From an uncultured Ectothiorhodospiraceae bacterium (GTDB taxonomy: Bacteria > Pseudomonadota > Gammaproteobacteria > UBA9214): a stretch of DNA of 64,000 nt. Position 1 is the stretch's first letter; the number at the start of each line of letters is the position of its first letter. The stretch lies in NCBI GenBank assembly GCA_947258515.1, contig CAMYIO010000001.1, positions 9,373 to 73,372 of the forward strand, written 5' to 3'. Both the position numbers and the translations under genes were made by a program. Shown piece after piece: positions 23,031-32,652 of the stretch. Under the pieces are notes generated by a model. That model was not told the origin of the DNA and made no database searches. It saw only the letters and a list, made by a program, of their open reading frames with translations.

Positions 23031-23789
23031 GTGGTGGACATCCTGGATCAAGTCATCCTGTTTGTCGTGTCCCTGGTAGCCAATCTGTTCTCGGCCTTTT
23101 CAGGTGGCGGCGCCGGACTGATCCAGCTACCAGTCCTGATCTTCATGGGTCTGCCGTTTGCTATAGCACTGGCGACACATAAAGTCGCCAGCGTCGCTCT
23201 GGGTATCGGCGCGACCGTGAGGCACTTGAGGGAGCAGCCACTGGAGCGCCAGTTGACGTTTTATATCCTCGCGTTCGGTCTGCCGGGTGTCATTACCGGG
23301 GCCAATATCATTCTCGATGTACCGGAGCGATCAGCCAGGGTGGCGCTGGGGATCCTGACGGCTGCTCTGGGGATCTATTCCTGGCTGAACCCCGGTCTGG
23401 GGCAGCAGGTGCAAGCGACACACCGGGACCGGCACGGTCATGTCGTTGGTGGCATGGTGTTGTTTGCGATCGGGGTATTGAACGGCTCGTTGACATCAGG
23501 CACCGGGTTGTTCGTAACGCTGTGGCTGGTACGCTGGTTCGGCCTGGATTACCGCCGTGCGATCGCCTACACGCTGATACTGGTCGGGGTATTCTGGAAT
23601 GCGACCGGTGCCGTGACACTGGGGCTGTTAGCCGAAATCCGCTGGTCATGGTTGCCGGCACTGCTGTTAGGATCGCTGCTGGGTGGCTATCTCGGCGCAC
23701 ACCTGGCCATCAAGTCCGGTAATCGCTGGATCAAGCGTGTTTTTGAGGTGGTGACCTTGCTGGTCGGCATCAAGTTGATTTTCGGATAA
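23031..23789 (+). CDS. TSUP (TauE/SafE) family membrane transporter
   Basis: It has an N-terminal GGGAGLIQLP motif and a second half-repeat (GTGLFVTLWLV), with about 8 TM helices. A GTG start at 23031 has a GGGAG RBS. The track ORF extends upstream. Confidence 0.7.
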   Translation: MVDILDQVILFVVSLVANLFSAFSGGGAGLIQLPVLIFMGLPFAIALATHKVASVALGIGATVRHLREQPLERQLTFYILAFGLPGVITGANIILDVPERSARVALGILTAALGIYSWLNPGLGQQVQATHRDRHGHVVGGMVLFAIGVLNGSLTSGTGLFVTLWLVRWFGLDYRRAIAYTLILVGVFWNATGAVTLGLLAEIRWSWLPALLLGSLLGGYLGAHLAIKSGNRWIKRVFEVVTLLVGIKLIFG

Positions 23790-23840
23790 TGTGCGTTTGC
23801 TGTTCACCTTGTGGAATAGACGTTTAAGCGCAGCGTCGCT

Positions 23841-24482
23841 TCATATTCCGTATTGCAGACGATAGGCCTCAATTTTCTCTACATCCGCACTGCACTCGGG
23901 TTTGCTGCGCAAATATTCAAGCAGGTGTGCCAGTGTCACGATACTGGTCACCGTGATCCCGAGTGTTTCCTCGACCTCCTGTATCGCGGAGCGTTCATCT
24001 CGACCGCGTTCCTGACGGTCCAGCGCAATGACCACGCCGGCGAGGGTGGCCCCTGCAGACTCGATGATGTCCACCGATTCACGAATGGCCGTGCCGGCAG
24101 TGATGACATCATCAATAACCAGTATCTTTCCGGATAACCCGGCGCCGACGAGGTAGCCACCCTCGCCATGGTCCTTGGCTTCCTTGCGATTGAAACACCA
24201 GGGGATGTTGCGCTGATGATGGTCGGCCAGCGCAATACTGGTCGCTGCCGCGAGCGGGATGCCCTTGTAAGCGGGGCCGAACAGGACATCAAAGTCAATG
24301 TGGCTGTCGGTGATGGCCTGTGCATAACAGCGGCCAAGTCGGGCCAGCTGTTCGCCGGTATTGAACAGGCCGGCATTGAAGAAGTAGGGACTGGTTCTGC
24401 CGGATTTCAGAGTAAAGTCACCAAAGCGCAGTACGCCGGCACTGATGGCAAAGTCGATAAAGTCATGCTGGTAGTTTTTCAT
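23841..24482 (-). CDS. pyrE: Orotate phosphoribosyltransferase
   Basis: The N-terminus is [29 protein letters not shown]. The PRPP-binding motif is [11 protein letters not shown]. The size is 213 aa. Confidence 0.92.
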   Translation of the reverse strand: MKNYQHDFIDFAISAGVLRFGDFTLKSGRTSPYFFNAGLFNTGEQLARLGRCYAQAITDSHIDFDVLFGPAYKGIPLAAATSIALADHHQRNIPWCFNRKEAKDHGEGGYLVGAGLSGKILVIDDVITAGTAIRESVDIIESAGATLAGVVIALDRQERGRDERSAIQEVEETLGITVTSIVTLAHLLEYLRSKPECSADVEKIEAYRLQYGI

Positions 24483-24551
24483 GGGCAGTTACGGGTCGTC
24501 ATTGCTGGCAGGGGTCGCTATCATACACGCAGGATCCAGTCGGTGAGAACC

Positions 24552-25325
24552 ATGCGGATCATTACGATCAATGTGAACGGCATTCGTGCGGCTGCCCGGA
24601 AGGGTTTTTTTCAGTGGATGACCCGGCAGCAGGCGGATGTTGTCTGTATCCAGGAAACCAAGGCACAGGTGCAGCAGTTACAGGACAAGGTGTTTTACCC
24701 GCGCGGCTGGCATGTGAGTTTCCATGATGCCGAAAAGAGGGGTTATAGCGGTGTGGCCATCTACAGCAAGCGCAAGCCCGACAAGGTCATTACGGGTCTG
24801 GGTTGGCCGGACATGGATGCTGAAGGGCGTTATATCGAGGCCCGTTATGGTGCATTGAGTATCATCTCTGTCTATTTGCCATCAGGCTCGTCCAGCGAGG
24901 AGCGACAGGCCGTCAAGTTCAGTTTTCTGGACCGCTTCATGCCCTGGTTGCGCGCGCTGAAGATGAAGCGGCGTGAGTACATTTTCTGTGGCGACTGGAA
25001 TATTGCCCATAAGGAGATTGATCTGAAGAACTGGCGTGGCAATAAAAAGAACTCCGGTTTTTTACCCGAAGAGCGTGCCTGGTTGGATGAACTGTTTGGG
25101 CCGGCGGGTTATGTGGATGCGTTTCGTGAGGTGAACCAGGAACCGGATCAATATACCTGGTGGTCAAACCGCGGGCAGGCCTGGGCCAAAAACGTCGGTT
25201 GGCGTATTGATTACCAGATTGCCACCCCCGGTATTGCAAAGACAGCCCGGGCGGCACGGATCTACAAGGCGAAACGCTTTTCCGATCATGCGCCACTGAT
25301 TATGGATTACGACCACGAACTGTAG
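24552..25325 (+). CDS. xthA: Exodeoxyribonuclease III
   Basis: The protein reads MRIITINVNGIRAA...QETK..., with a C-terminal SDHAP catalytic motif. The track ORF has a spurious upstream extension. Confidence 0.9.
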   Translation: MRIITINVNGIRAAARKGFFQWMTRQQADVVCIQETKAQVQQLQDKVFYPRGWHVSFHDAEKRGYSGVAIYSKRKPDKVITGLGWPDMDAEGRYIEARYGALSIISVYLPSGSSSEERQAVKFSFLDRFMPWLRALKMKRREYIFCGDWNIAHKEIDLKNWRGNKKNSGFLPEERAWLDELFGPAGYVDAFREVNQEPDQYTWWSNRGQAWAKNVGWRIDYQIATPGIAKTARAARIYKAKRFSDHAPLIMDYDHEL

Positions 25326-25733
25326 TGGCCAGACATGTCATTGCGGTATCTCTGCCTGATTGCCTGCTAGTCCGGGTCTCGCTGTGGCAGTCCCGAGAAC
25401 ATCAGCAGTCGTTCCTCGAAGCTGGTGTTGCAAAGCCGTCGATCACTCGTCCTGCGTCGTTCGGTCACCACAATAAGACCACTGGAGTCCCTGAGCGGGA
25501 ACTCGGTAAGCAATCCCCAGCGGCGTTGGCCTTTTGAGCGTTTATCGGTTGTTATGCACTCTTTCATTCTAAGAGCGTAGCCGATAATGGCTCAAATGCC
25601 TATAAAACAACGCGTATGGCCAAGCGGTCTCAATGCTCCGGAAGTCACGCAGAAAAATACCAAGGGGAGCGCGCACATCGAATTGTTATATATATTCTAA
25701 TTATTTATCAATGTGTTATTGGCTGGTCGTTGA

Positions 25734-27074
25734 TCAGGCCGGGCTGTGCTTCATAAGTAAAATAACCAGCAGGATGGCCGGTACACCAAGCAGGCCGGCA
25801 TACAGGAAGAAAGTTGCGTAACCGCTTGCATCCACCATTACACCGGCAAATCCGCCGATGAACTTGGCGGGTAATGTCATCAGTGAACTGAACAGGGCAT
25901 ACTGCGTGGCCGTGTAACTGGTGTTTGTCAGGCTGGACAGCCAGGCGATAAACGCCGATGTCGCCAGCCCGCCACTGAGGTTGTCAGCGCTGATAATGAC
26001 GGCCAGGTGAATCAGGGAGGGCTCACTGACTGCCAGCCAGACGAACAGCAGGTTAGTGCTTGCCACAAGTATGGCGCCCGCCAACAATGGCCGCAGAATG
26101 CCGAATCGTACCACCAGCACGCCACCGAGCCCGGCGCCGACGATGGTCATGAAGAAACCGAAAATCTTGGTCACGTTGGCAATGTCTGCCTTGGTGAAGC
26201 CGAGGTCGAGATAGAACGGATTTGCCATAACCCCCATGGTGATGTCGCTGAGTTTGTAGCAGCCAACCAGCAACAGGATCATCACCGCCAGCCGGCCGCT
26301 GCGTTCGAAGAATTCCACGAAAGGGCCGATCACGGCGTCCGCGAACCAGGCGGCGATACGCGCTGTGATTCCCTGCCGGCCGGTAACGCCGATGCTGGAT
26401 TCAAGCCGGGATTCCAGCACCTGTGTACGTGGATTAATGGGGTGTGAGGGTTCCGGAATACTTAATGTCGTCAGCATGCCGACGCCCATCAGTCCGGCCA
26501 TGATGATGTATGTCAGCGACCAGTTGGTCATTTCTGCGAGGTGCAGTGCGCCGGCGCCCGCGGTCAGCAGGGCCAGCCGGTAGCCGAGCACATAGGTCGC
26601 TGCCATGGCGCCCTGCAGGTCTTGCTCGACAGCTTCGATACGCCATGCATCGATGGTGATGTCCTGGGTGGCGGAGCCGAAGGCGACCAGCAGGGCGAAT
26701 AATGCCAGCTGTGTCAGGTGGCTGCCCGGATCGGTCAATGCCATGCCGGCCAGGCCGCTGGCAATGGTGACCTGGGCGGCCAGCATCCATCCACGGCGCT
26801 TGCCGAATACGCGGGTCAGCAGGGGGAAGGGCAGGCGGTCAATGACCGGTGCCCAGAAAACCTTGATTGAGTAGGTGATGCCGACCCAGCTGAAAAAACC
26901 GATTGTGGATCGCGAGATGCTGGCCTCCGTCAACCAGGCGGAAAGCGTGGTAAAGACAAGCAGGAATGGCAAGCCGGCCGCGAAGCCGAGAAACACCATG
27001 CCGACGACCCGTGGACGCGTGTAGACCGACAGGGCTGCATGCCACTTGCCTCTCTGGGATTCGGCCGGACTCAT
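25734..27074 (-). CDS. ampG: AmpG-family MFS muropeptide permease
   Basis: 12-14 TM helices. The N-terminal AmpG signature is (R)VVGMVFLGFAAGLPFLLVFTTLSAWL. The size is 446 aa. Confidence 0.85.
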   Translation of the reverse strand: MSPAESQRGKWHAALSVYTRPRVVGMVFLGFAAGLPFLLVFTTLSAWLTEASISRSTIGFFSWVGITYSIKVFWAPVIDRLPFPLLTRVFGKRRGWMLAAQVTIASGLAGMALTDPGSHLTQLALFALLVAFGSATQDITIDAWRIEAVEQDLQGAMAATYVLGYRLALLTAGAGALHLAEMTNWSLTYIIMAGLMGVGMLTTLSIPEPSHPINPRTQVLESRLESSIGVTGRQGITARIAAWFADAVIGPFVEFFERSGRLAVMILLLVGCYKLSDITMGVMANPFYLDLGFTKADIANVTKIFGFFMTIVGAGLGGVLVVRFGILRPLLAGAILVASTNLLFVWLAVSEPSLIHLAVIISADNLSGGLATSAFIAWLSSLTNTSYTATQYALFSSLMTLPAKFIGGFAGVMVDASGYATFFLYAGLLGVPAILLVILLMKHSPA

Positions 27075-27241
27075 CCGGCCATGTGTATCCAGTTAATCAG
27101 GATAAATCCTATATAGTGATAGTGTTAGAAACCGCTAGCGGCATTACAGGAACAGCAGGATGCGATTTATTGTTTGTTTTTCATTCGGATATCGTCGAGC
27201 ATGAGGCATTCAGGTCGACAATCGCGGAAAATCGCACGCGA

Positions 27242-27691
27242 TCATTGCGTGTAGAAATCCTGGCTGAAGCTGACCTCGACAGATTCCAGTGATCCCTGCG
27301 GGCGCGCCCGTACATCGAAGTTCAGAGTCTCCTCGTTGGCGACACCGAACTCGCCTATATAATAAATTGCATTGCCTTCGCGAATCTCGCGCATGCGGAT
27401 AGACCGTCCCTGGCCGGCCAGGTTGCGGGCATTGACCTCGACGCGGGCATGTACCGGCTGGCCGGGACTGCTGAGTACCTTCTTCAGTACCGTAATATTG
27501 ATCATGCCGCGGTTCTGACTGCGTGTAATACGGTGTTTGCGCGCGACTTCAGGCGGCACCATGTCGGTAGCCATGGCATTGTAGTGGATGACGAAATCAC
27601 CGAAGTCCCTGGAATTTTCGGCGCTGGCCGTGATCGGAAGCAGCAGTGCCAGTCCCACTAACCATGAAAATAGTTGTTTTTCTACGCTCAT
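27242..27691 (-). CDS. Hypothetical exported protein (possibly DUF4426 family, the usual neighbour of yggT in pseudomonads)
   Basis: It has a signal peptide (LFSWLVGLALLLPITASA) and a beta-rich mature domain. The family name is from memory of the gene context and is not verified. Confidence 0.5.
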   Translation of the reverse strand: MSVEKQLFSWLVGLALLLPITASAENSRDFGDFVIHYNAMATDMVPPEVARKHRITRSQNRGMINITVLKKVLSSPGQPVHARVEVNARNLAGQGRSIRMREIREGNAIYYIGEFGVANEETLNFDVRARPQGSLESVEVSFSQDFYTQ

Positions 27692-27839
27692 ACCATTCAC
27701 TCCATTATCTTATCTGTTAACTATAGGACGAATACAGCATACATTATGTAGCGGTAACGATTAATTCGATAGTACTCGAGATGCCCGGTCAGATATCCCG
27801 GCAGCCTGTGTCAGGACATCCATCTCCAGACACCTGCCT

Positions 27840-28394
27840 TCAACCCAGCAGCGGCATGATCAGCATTCGCAATACCTGTAGCCCGATTATTGCAACCAGT
27901 GGCGAGAGGTCAATACCCGAGACCGGCGGAATGACGCGTTGTATCGGGCGCATTACCGGGCTGGTTATGCTGTAGAGCATTGCAGTTACAGGATTATAGT
28001 TACCCGGATTGATCCAGCTGAGAATGACCTGGATAATGATAGAAAACATGAAAACATTGATTGCCAGCATCACGAGTTCACCGACTGCAACTGACAGCAG
28101 GGTCACGATAGATACGCTGACACCACGTAACAGGACGACCAGGCCGAGTGAGATTAATTGCAGCAGCAGCATTAACAGCAATGCCGAGGTGTCATACTTG
28201 CCGAGACTGGGGACGACCTTGCGCATTGGTAACAGCAGGGGATTGGTAATGCGTACCAGGAACTGGCTTACCGGGTTGTAGAAATCCGCACGCACTGCAC
28301 CGAGCAGGAAGCGCAGCATGACAGCCAGTATGTAGAGACTGAAAAGTGTGGTCACCAGGAATTCCAGTGGATTGGCCAAATAGCTGCTGTTCAC
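27840..28394 (-). CDS. yggT: YggT-family inner-membrane protein
   Basis: It has duplicated YGGT-type TM modules and overlaps the proC stop by 4 nt. Confidence 0.85.
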   Translation of the reverse strand: MNSSYLANPLEFLVTTLFSLYILAVMLRFLLGAVRADFYNPVSQFLVRITNPLLLPMRKVVPSLGKYDTSALLLMLLLQLISLGLVVLLRGVSVSIVTLLSVAVGELVMLAINVFMFSIIIQVILSWINPGNYNPVTAMLYSITSPVMRPIQRVIPPVSGIDLSPLVAIIGLQVLRMLIMPLLG

Positions 28395-29221
28395 CGGGTG
28401 CTTCCGTATTCTTTTGACAGTTCACGCGAGCGCTCTGCAGCGGCATGCAGTGCCTTGCTTACCAGTTCCTCGAAGCCGCCCTCCTGTAAGGTGTTGATGG
28501 CGCGTTCCGTGGTACCGCCCGGTGAAGTCACCCGTTGCCGCAGCAGCTTTGCATCTTCGGTGCTCTCCAGTGCCATCTTTACTGCACCAAAAGCAGTTTG
28601 CAAAGCGAGCAGATACGCTGTTTCCTCCGAAAAGCCCAGTTCGCGGCCGGCGGCCTGCAGGGCCTCAATAAACAGGAACATATAGGCGGGACCGCTGCCG
28701 GAGAGTGCGGTTGCCGCATCCATCATGGACTCGTCATCGATCCAGATAACGATACCGACAGCACGCAGAATCGATTCTGCAACACTGCGTTGTTCATCGC
28801 TTACATACGGGTTAGCGTACATTGCGGTGGCACCGCTCTGTACCATGGCCGGGGTGTTGGGCATGCTGCGAACAACAGCGGTTTTTTCACCGAGCCAGTG
28901 ACGCAGTGCGGATTCGGGAATGCCGGCGGCGATGGAAATCACCAGGGGCTGTTGTTTCGATACACTGCCGGCAAGCGCTTGCGCAACGCTTTCCATGACT
29001 TGCGGTTTTACCGCCAGGACAACAACGTCGGCGCCTGCCACGGCAGCTTCATTATCGTTTGTCGTCATGATCGGGAAGCGCTGTGAGAGCCGCTCCAGTT
29101 GTCGGCTATCCGTGTCGGAAACCCGGATACTGGACGGGTTCCAGCCGTCGGCAATCAGGCCGCCTATCAGGCTGCCCGCCATGTTGCCTCCACCAATGAA
29201 ACTCAGGGTCGTATTATTCAT
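28391..29221 (-). CDS. proC: Pyrroline-5-carboxylate reductase
   Basis: It has a Rossmann N-terminus (LSFIGGGNMAGSLIGGL) and the P5CR C-terminal dimerisation domain. The size is 276 aa. Confidence 0.9.
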   Translation of the reverse strand: MNNTTLSFIGGGNMAGSLIGGLIADGWNPSSIRVSDTDSRQLERLSQRFPIMTTNDNEAAVAGADVVVLAVKPQVMESVAQALAGSVSKQQPLVISIAAGIPESALRHWLGEKTAVVRSMPNTPAMVQSGATAMYANPYVSDEQRSVAESILRAVGIVIWIDDESMMDAATALSGSGPAYMFLFIEALQAAGRELGFSEETAYLLALQTAFGAVKMALESTEDAKLLRQRVTSPGGTTERAINTLQEGGFEELVSKALHAAAERSRELSKEYGSTR

Positions 29222-29577
29222 GCGATTGACGATACAGGATCAAACCGGCGTGCGACAAGCCGTCCCGTGCGGATCGTCGACGTTCGTTCACTGTCAACAG
29301 AATCATACCGCGCCTGCTGCCGGCGGTATAGTTTATGTGACTGATTAATGACGGGTTATGCGTAGAGTAAACTTGCGACAGGGGCATAATGAGGCATACT
29401 TCGGTTGTTGAGAGCCTCGTTGTTAAATGCTGCGCCTGCTGTGTAGGGTTTGTTGCCGGTGAAAAGCCTGTTCGCGGCTTGCTGGACCGGACAAGTTGCC
29501 GATATAGAACGCTTTTTCAAGTATCCGCTGCCATTGACGATATCAGGGTGACATGAAATTTTAGCGTGGGAGTTGGC

Positions 29578-30615
29578 ATGGATATAGCTGAGTTACTGAC
29601 CTTTAGTGTTAAAAACGGCGCATCTGATTTGCACCTGTCAGCCGGGCTGCCGCCGATGATTCGGGTGGACGGTGACATGCGCAAGGTCAACGTGCCTGCG
29701 CTGGATCATAAAACGGTCCACGGGCTTGTCTATGACATTATGAATGACAAGCAACGCAAGGACTATGAAGAGTTCCTTGAAACCGATTTCTCGTTTGAAA
29801 TCCCCGACCTTGCCCGTTTCCGTGTCAACGCGTTTAACCACAACCGTGGTGCCGGTGCTGTTTTTCGTACCATTCCTTCTGACATACTGAGCCTTGAAGA
29901 CCTGGGTACACCGCAGATCTTCAAAGACATTTCCGATACGCCTCGCGGACTGGTGCTGGTGACGGGGCCGACCGGTTCCGGCAAGTCCACCACGCTGGCG
30001 GCAATGATTGACTATATCAATAGTCTGCAATATGCACATATCCTGACCATTGAAGACCCCATCGAGTTTGTGCATCAAAGTAAAAAATGTCTGCTCAACC
30101 AGCGTGAGGTCCATCGGGATACCCTTGGTTTTAACGAAGCCCTGCGTTCTGCGTTGCGCGAGGACCCGGATATCATCCTGGTAGGCGAGATGCGTGACCT
30201 TGAAACGATTCGTCTGGCATTAACAGCTGCCGAGACCGGTCACCTGGTTTTCGGTACCCTGCACACCACATCAGCAGCGAAAACCATTGACCGGGTTATC
30301 GATGTATTCCCCGCAGCAGAAAAAACCATGGTGCGCTCCATGCTGTCCGAGTCACTGCGTGCCGTGATCGCGCAGACCCTGATGAAGAAGGTCGGCGGCG
30401 GTCGTATTGCCGCCTGGGAAATCATGATTGGTACCCCGGCGATTCGCAACCTGATACGCGAGGACAAGGTTGCGCAAATGTATTCGGCTATCCAGACCGG
30501 TAACGCGATGGGTATGACTACACTGGATCAATATCTGCAGGATATTCTGTCGAAGGGGCTTATTACAAAACAGGATGCACGCGCGAAGGCCGTCAACAAG
30601 GAAACTTTCCGCTAA
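29578..30615 (+). CDS. pilT: Twitching-motility retraction ATPase PilT
   Basis: MDIAELLxFSVKxxASDLHLSAG, Walker A (GPTGSGKST) and the AIRNLIRE motif are present. Confidence 0.92.
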   Translation: MDIAELLTFSVKNGASDLHLSAGLPPMIRVDGDMRKVNVPALDHKTVHGLVYDIMNDKQRKDYEEFLETDFSFEIPDLARFRVNAFNHNRGAGAVFRTIPSDILSLEDLGTPQIFKDISDTPRGLVLVTGPTGSGKSTTLAAMIDYINSLQYAHILTIEDPIEFVHQSKKCLLNQREVHRDTLGFNEALRSALREDPDIILVGEMRDLETIRLALTAAETGHLVFGTLHTTSAAKTIDRVIDVFPAAEKTMVRSMLSESLRAVIAQTLMKKVGGGRIAAWEIMIGTPAIRNLIREDKVAQMYSAIQTGNAMGMTTLDQYLQDILSKGLITKQDARAKAVNKETFR

Positions 30616-30630
30616 TCATCTGCCGGGAGA

Positions 30631-31755
30631 ATGGCTATGGACTTATCAACACTTTTGAAGCAAATGGGTGAGAAAGGCGCCTCCGACCTGTTCCTGACGG
30701 CCGGCGTTCCACCTACCATGAAAGTAGACGGCAAGACGATAGCTGTCTCGCGTGAGGCACTTGAACCTGAAACTTCAATGGCAATCGTGACCAGCATGAT
30801 GTCACCGGCACAGCGTGACGAGTTCGAGGCGACGCACGAATGTAATTTTGCCGTCAGTGAACAAGGCGTTGGCCGCTTTCGTGCCAGTGCTTTTATACAG
30901 CGTGGCCAGGCCGGTGCGGTTTTGCGTCGTATTGAAACCTATATACCGACCCTGGAGGAGTTGAACATGCCGCCTATCCTGAGGAATCTGGCCATGACGA
31001 AACGCGGCCTGATTATCTTCATTGGTGCGACCGGTACCGGTAAGTCGACCTCACTTGCTGCCATGCTTGGCTATCGAAACAAGAATGGCACAGGTCATAT
31101 TATTACCATCGAGGACCCGATTGAGTTCGTTCATCAGCATGCCGGGTGCATCGTGACCCAGCGTGAAGTGGGTATCGATACCGAGTCCTATGAAACAGCG
31201 CTGAAAAATACCCTGCGCCAGGCGCCGGATGTGATCCTGATTGGCGAGGTCCGCGACCGTGAAACAATGAACCACGCCATCGCCTTCGCCGAGACCGGTC
31301 ACCTCTGCATGGCAACCCTGCATGCCAACAATGCCAACCAGGCGATGGATCGCATCATCAACTTCTTCCCCGAGGACCGGCGGCCGCAGTTGTTTATGGA
31401 TCTGTCCATGAATCTAAAGGCCTTCCTTGCACAGCAATTGATTCCACGTGCTGACGGTAATGGTCGTCGGGTGTGCGTTGAGATCCTGCTGGGTACCCCG
31501 CTGGTGCAGGACGTTATTCGCAAGGGTGAAATACACAAGCTGAAGGAATTAATGAAGCAGTCATCGCAGCAAGGCATGATTACTTTCGACCAGGCCTTGT
31601 TCGAGTTGTACAAGTCCGGTGAAATCAGCTATGACGATGCATTGCACTATGCTGATTCCGCCAACGAGGTACGCCTGATGGTCAAGCTGGACAAGGGTGA
31701 TGTGAACCAGTACGCGGCTGCAATGGACGACGTTTTTCTGGTGGAAGAGGACTAG
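30631..31755 (+). CDS. pilU: Twitching-motility ATPase PilU
   Basis: It is a PilT paralog with Walker A (GATGTGKST) and a longer C-terminus. It lies 15 nt downstream of pilT. Confidence 0.9.
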   Translation: MAMDLSTLLKQMGEKGASDLFLTAGVPPTMKVDGKTIAVSREALEPETSMAIVTSMMSPAQRDEFEATHECNFAVSEQGVGRFRASAFIQRGQAGAVLRRIETYIPTLEELNMPPILRNLAMTKRGLIIFIGATGTGKSTSLAAMLGYRNKNGTGHIITIEDPIEFVHQHAGCIVTQREVGIDTESYETALKNTLRQAPDVILIGEVRDRETMNHAIAFAETGHLCMATLHANNANQAMDRIINFFPEDRRPQLFMDLSMNLKAFLAQQLIPRADGNGRRVCVEILLGTPLVQDVIRKGEIHKLKELMKQSSQQGMITFDQALFELYKSGEISYDDALHYADSANEVRLMVKLDKGDVNQYAAAMDDVFLVEED

Positions 31756-31762
31756 CCTTCAG

Positions 31763-32650
31763 TCAAGTCCAGCTGACAGTCTGTGCGTCAAATACCGGGC
31801 CGTCAACGCAGACACGTTTCATCGCCGGACCCTCGGCTGTGTTGATCTCCACGACACAGCCCGCACAACCACCGACCGCGCACGCCATGTACTCCTCCAG
31901 TGAGACCTGGCAGGGCAGGCTGTATTCATCTGCCAGCGCCGCAACAGCGGCCAGCATCGGATGCGGTCCGCAGGCGAATACACCGACCTCGCTATGCAGT
32001 GAATCATCCAGTGCATCCAGCCAGTGCCGTGCAAGAGCGGTAATGTAACCTTCATAACACCCCGGGTATCCCTGCAGGCTCGCCAGGCGGCTGGGAATTC
32101 CCCAGTCTTCCAGCAGCGGCATGCAGGCAATGGCGGCATCCGGCATGCCCGGCAGCAAAAAATGCGAGGGCCTTGTGGTAAAGGGGAAGGGGATCTCCGA
32201 GCCCATGAATACCACCGGTTGCCAGTGTTTATCAGATCGCAAGCTGTCGGCAAGAAAAACCATGGGTGGAATACCGACGCCGCCACCGAGCAGCAGGGTG
32301 CGGGGCCGCGTCCGGTCTGCCTTGAACGGCTTGCCGATAGGCCCCAGCAGATTAATGAACTCACCGGGTAAGCGCCTGCTCAATGCGTGTGTGCCGGTAC
32401 CCACTGCCTTGTAGAGAAACTCCACCCAGCCTGCCCCGGCATCGGTGCGCATAATGGACAGTGGCCGGCGCATAAGGAGTACAGGGTCGCACTGCAAGTG
32501 TGCGAAACTTCCCGGCAACGCGTGCGAAGCGCATTCGGGTGCATGCAGGCGCAGCACATGCTGGTCGCCTGGAAAACTGTCGTGAAGCAGGATCTCGGCA
32601 TTCTCGACAAAGATCGTGTCGCGATGTGACTGTCGCCTGGTATCCGTCAT
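31763..32650 (-). CDS. PyrK-type flavin/NAD-binding [2Fe-2S] electron-transfer protein
   Basis: It has an FAD motif (RPLSI), an NAD GGxGxxP motif (LLGGGVGIPP) and a C-terminal Cys cluster (CAVGGCAGC...C). It lies immediately downstream of pyrC', with a 2-nt gap. Confidence 0.7.
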   Translation of the reverse strand: MTDTRRQSHRDTIFVENAEILLHDSFPGDQHVLRLHAPECASHALPGSFAHLQCDPVLLMRRPLSIMRTDAGAGWVEFLYKAVGTGTHALSRRLPGEFINLLGPIGKPFKADRTRPRTLLLGGGVGIPPMVFLADSLRSDKHWQPVVFMGSEIPFPFTTRPSHFLLPGMPDAAIACMPLLEDWGIPSRLASLQGYPGCYEGYITALARHWLDALDDSLHSEVGVFACGPHPMLAAVAALADEYSLPCQVSLEEYMACAVGGCAGCVVEINTAEGPAMKRVCVDGPVFDAQTVSWT

Positions 32651-32652
32651 GA

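Noticed and set aside
24168-24551. An upstream extension of the xthA ORF overlapping pyrE on the opposite strand.
   Set aside because: Exonuclease III homology starts at MRIITINVNG (24552). The extension is antisense to pyrE.
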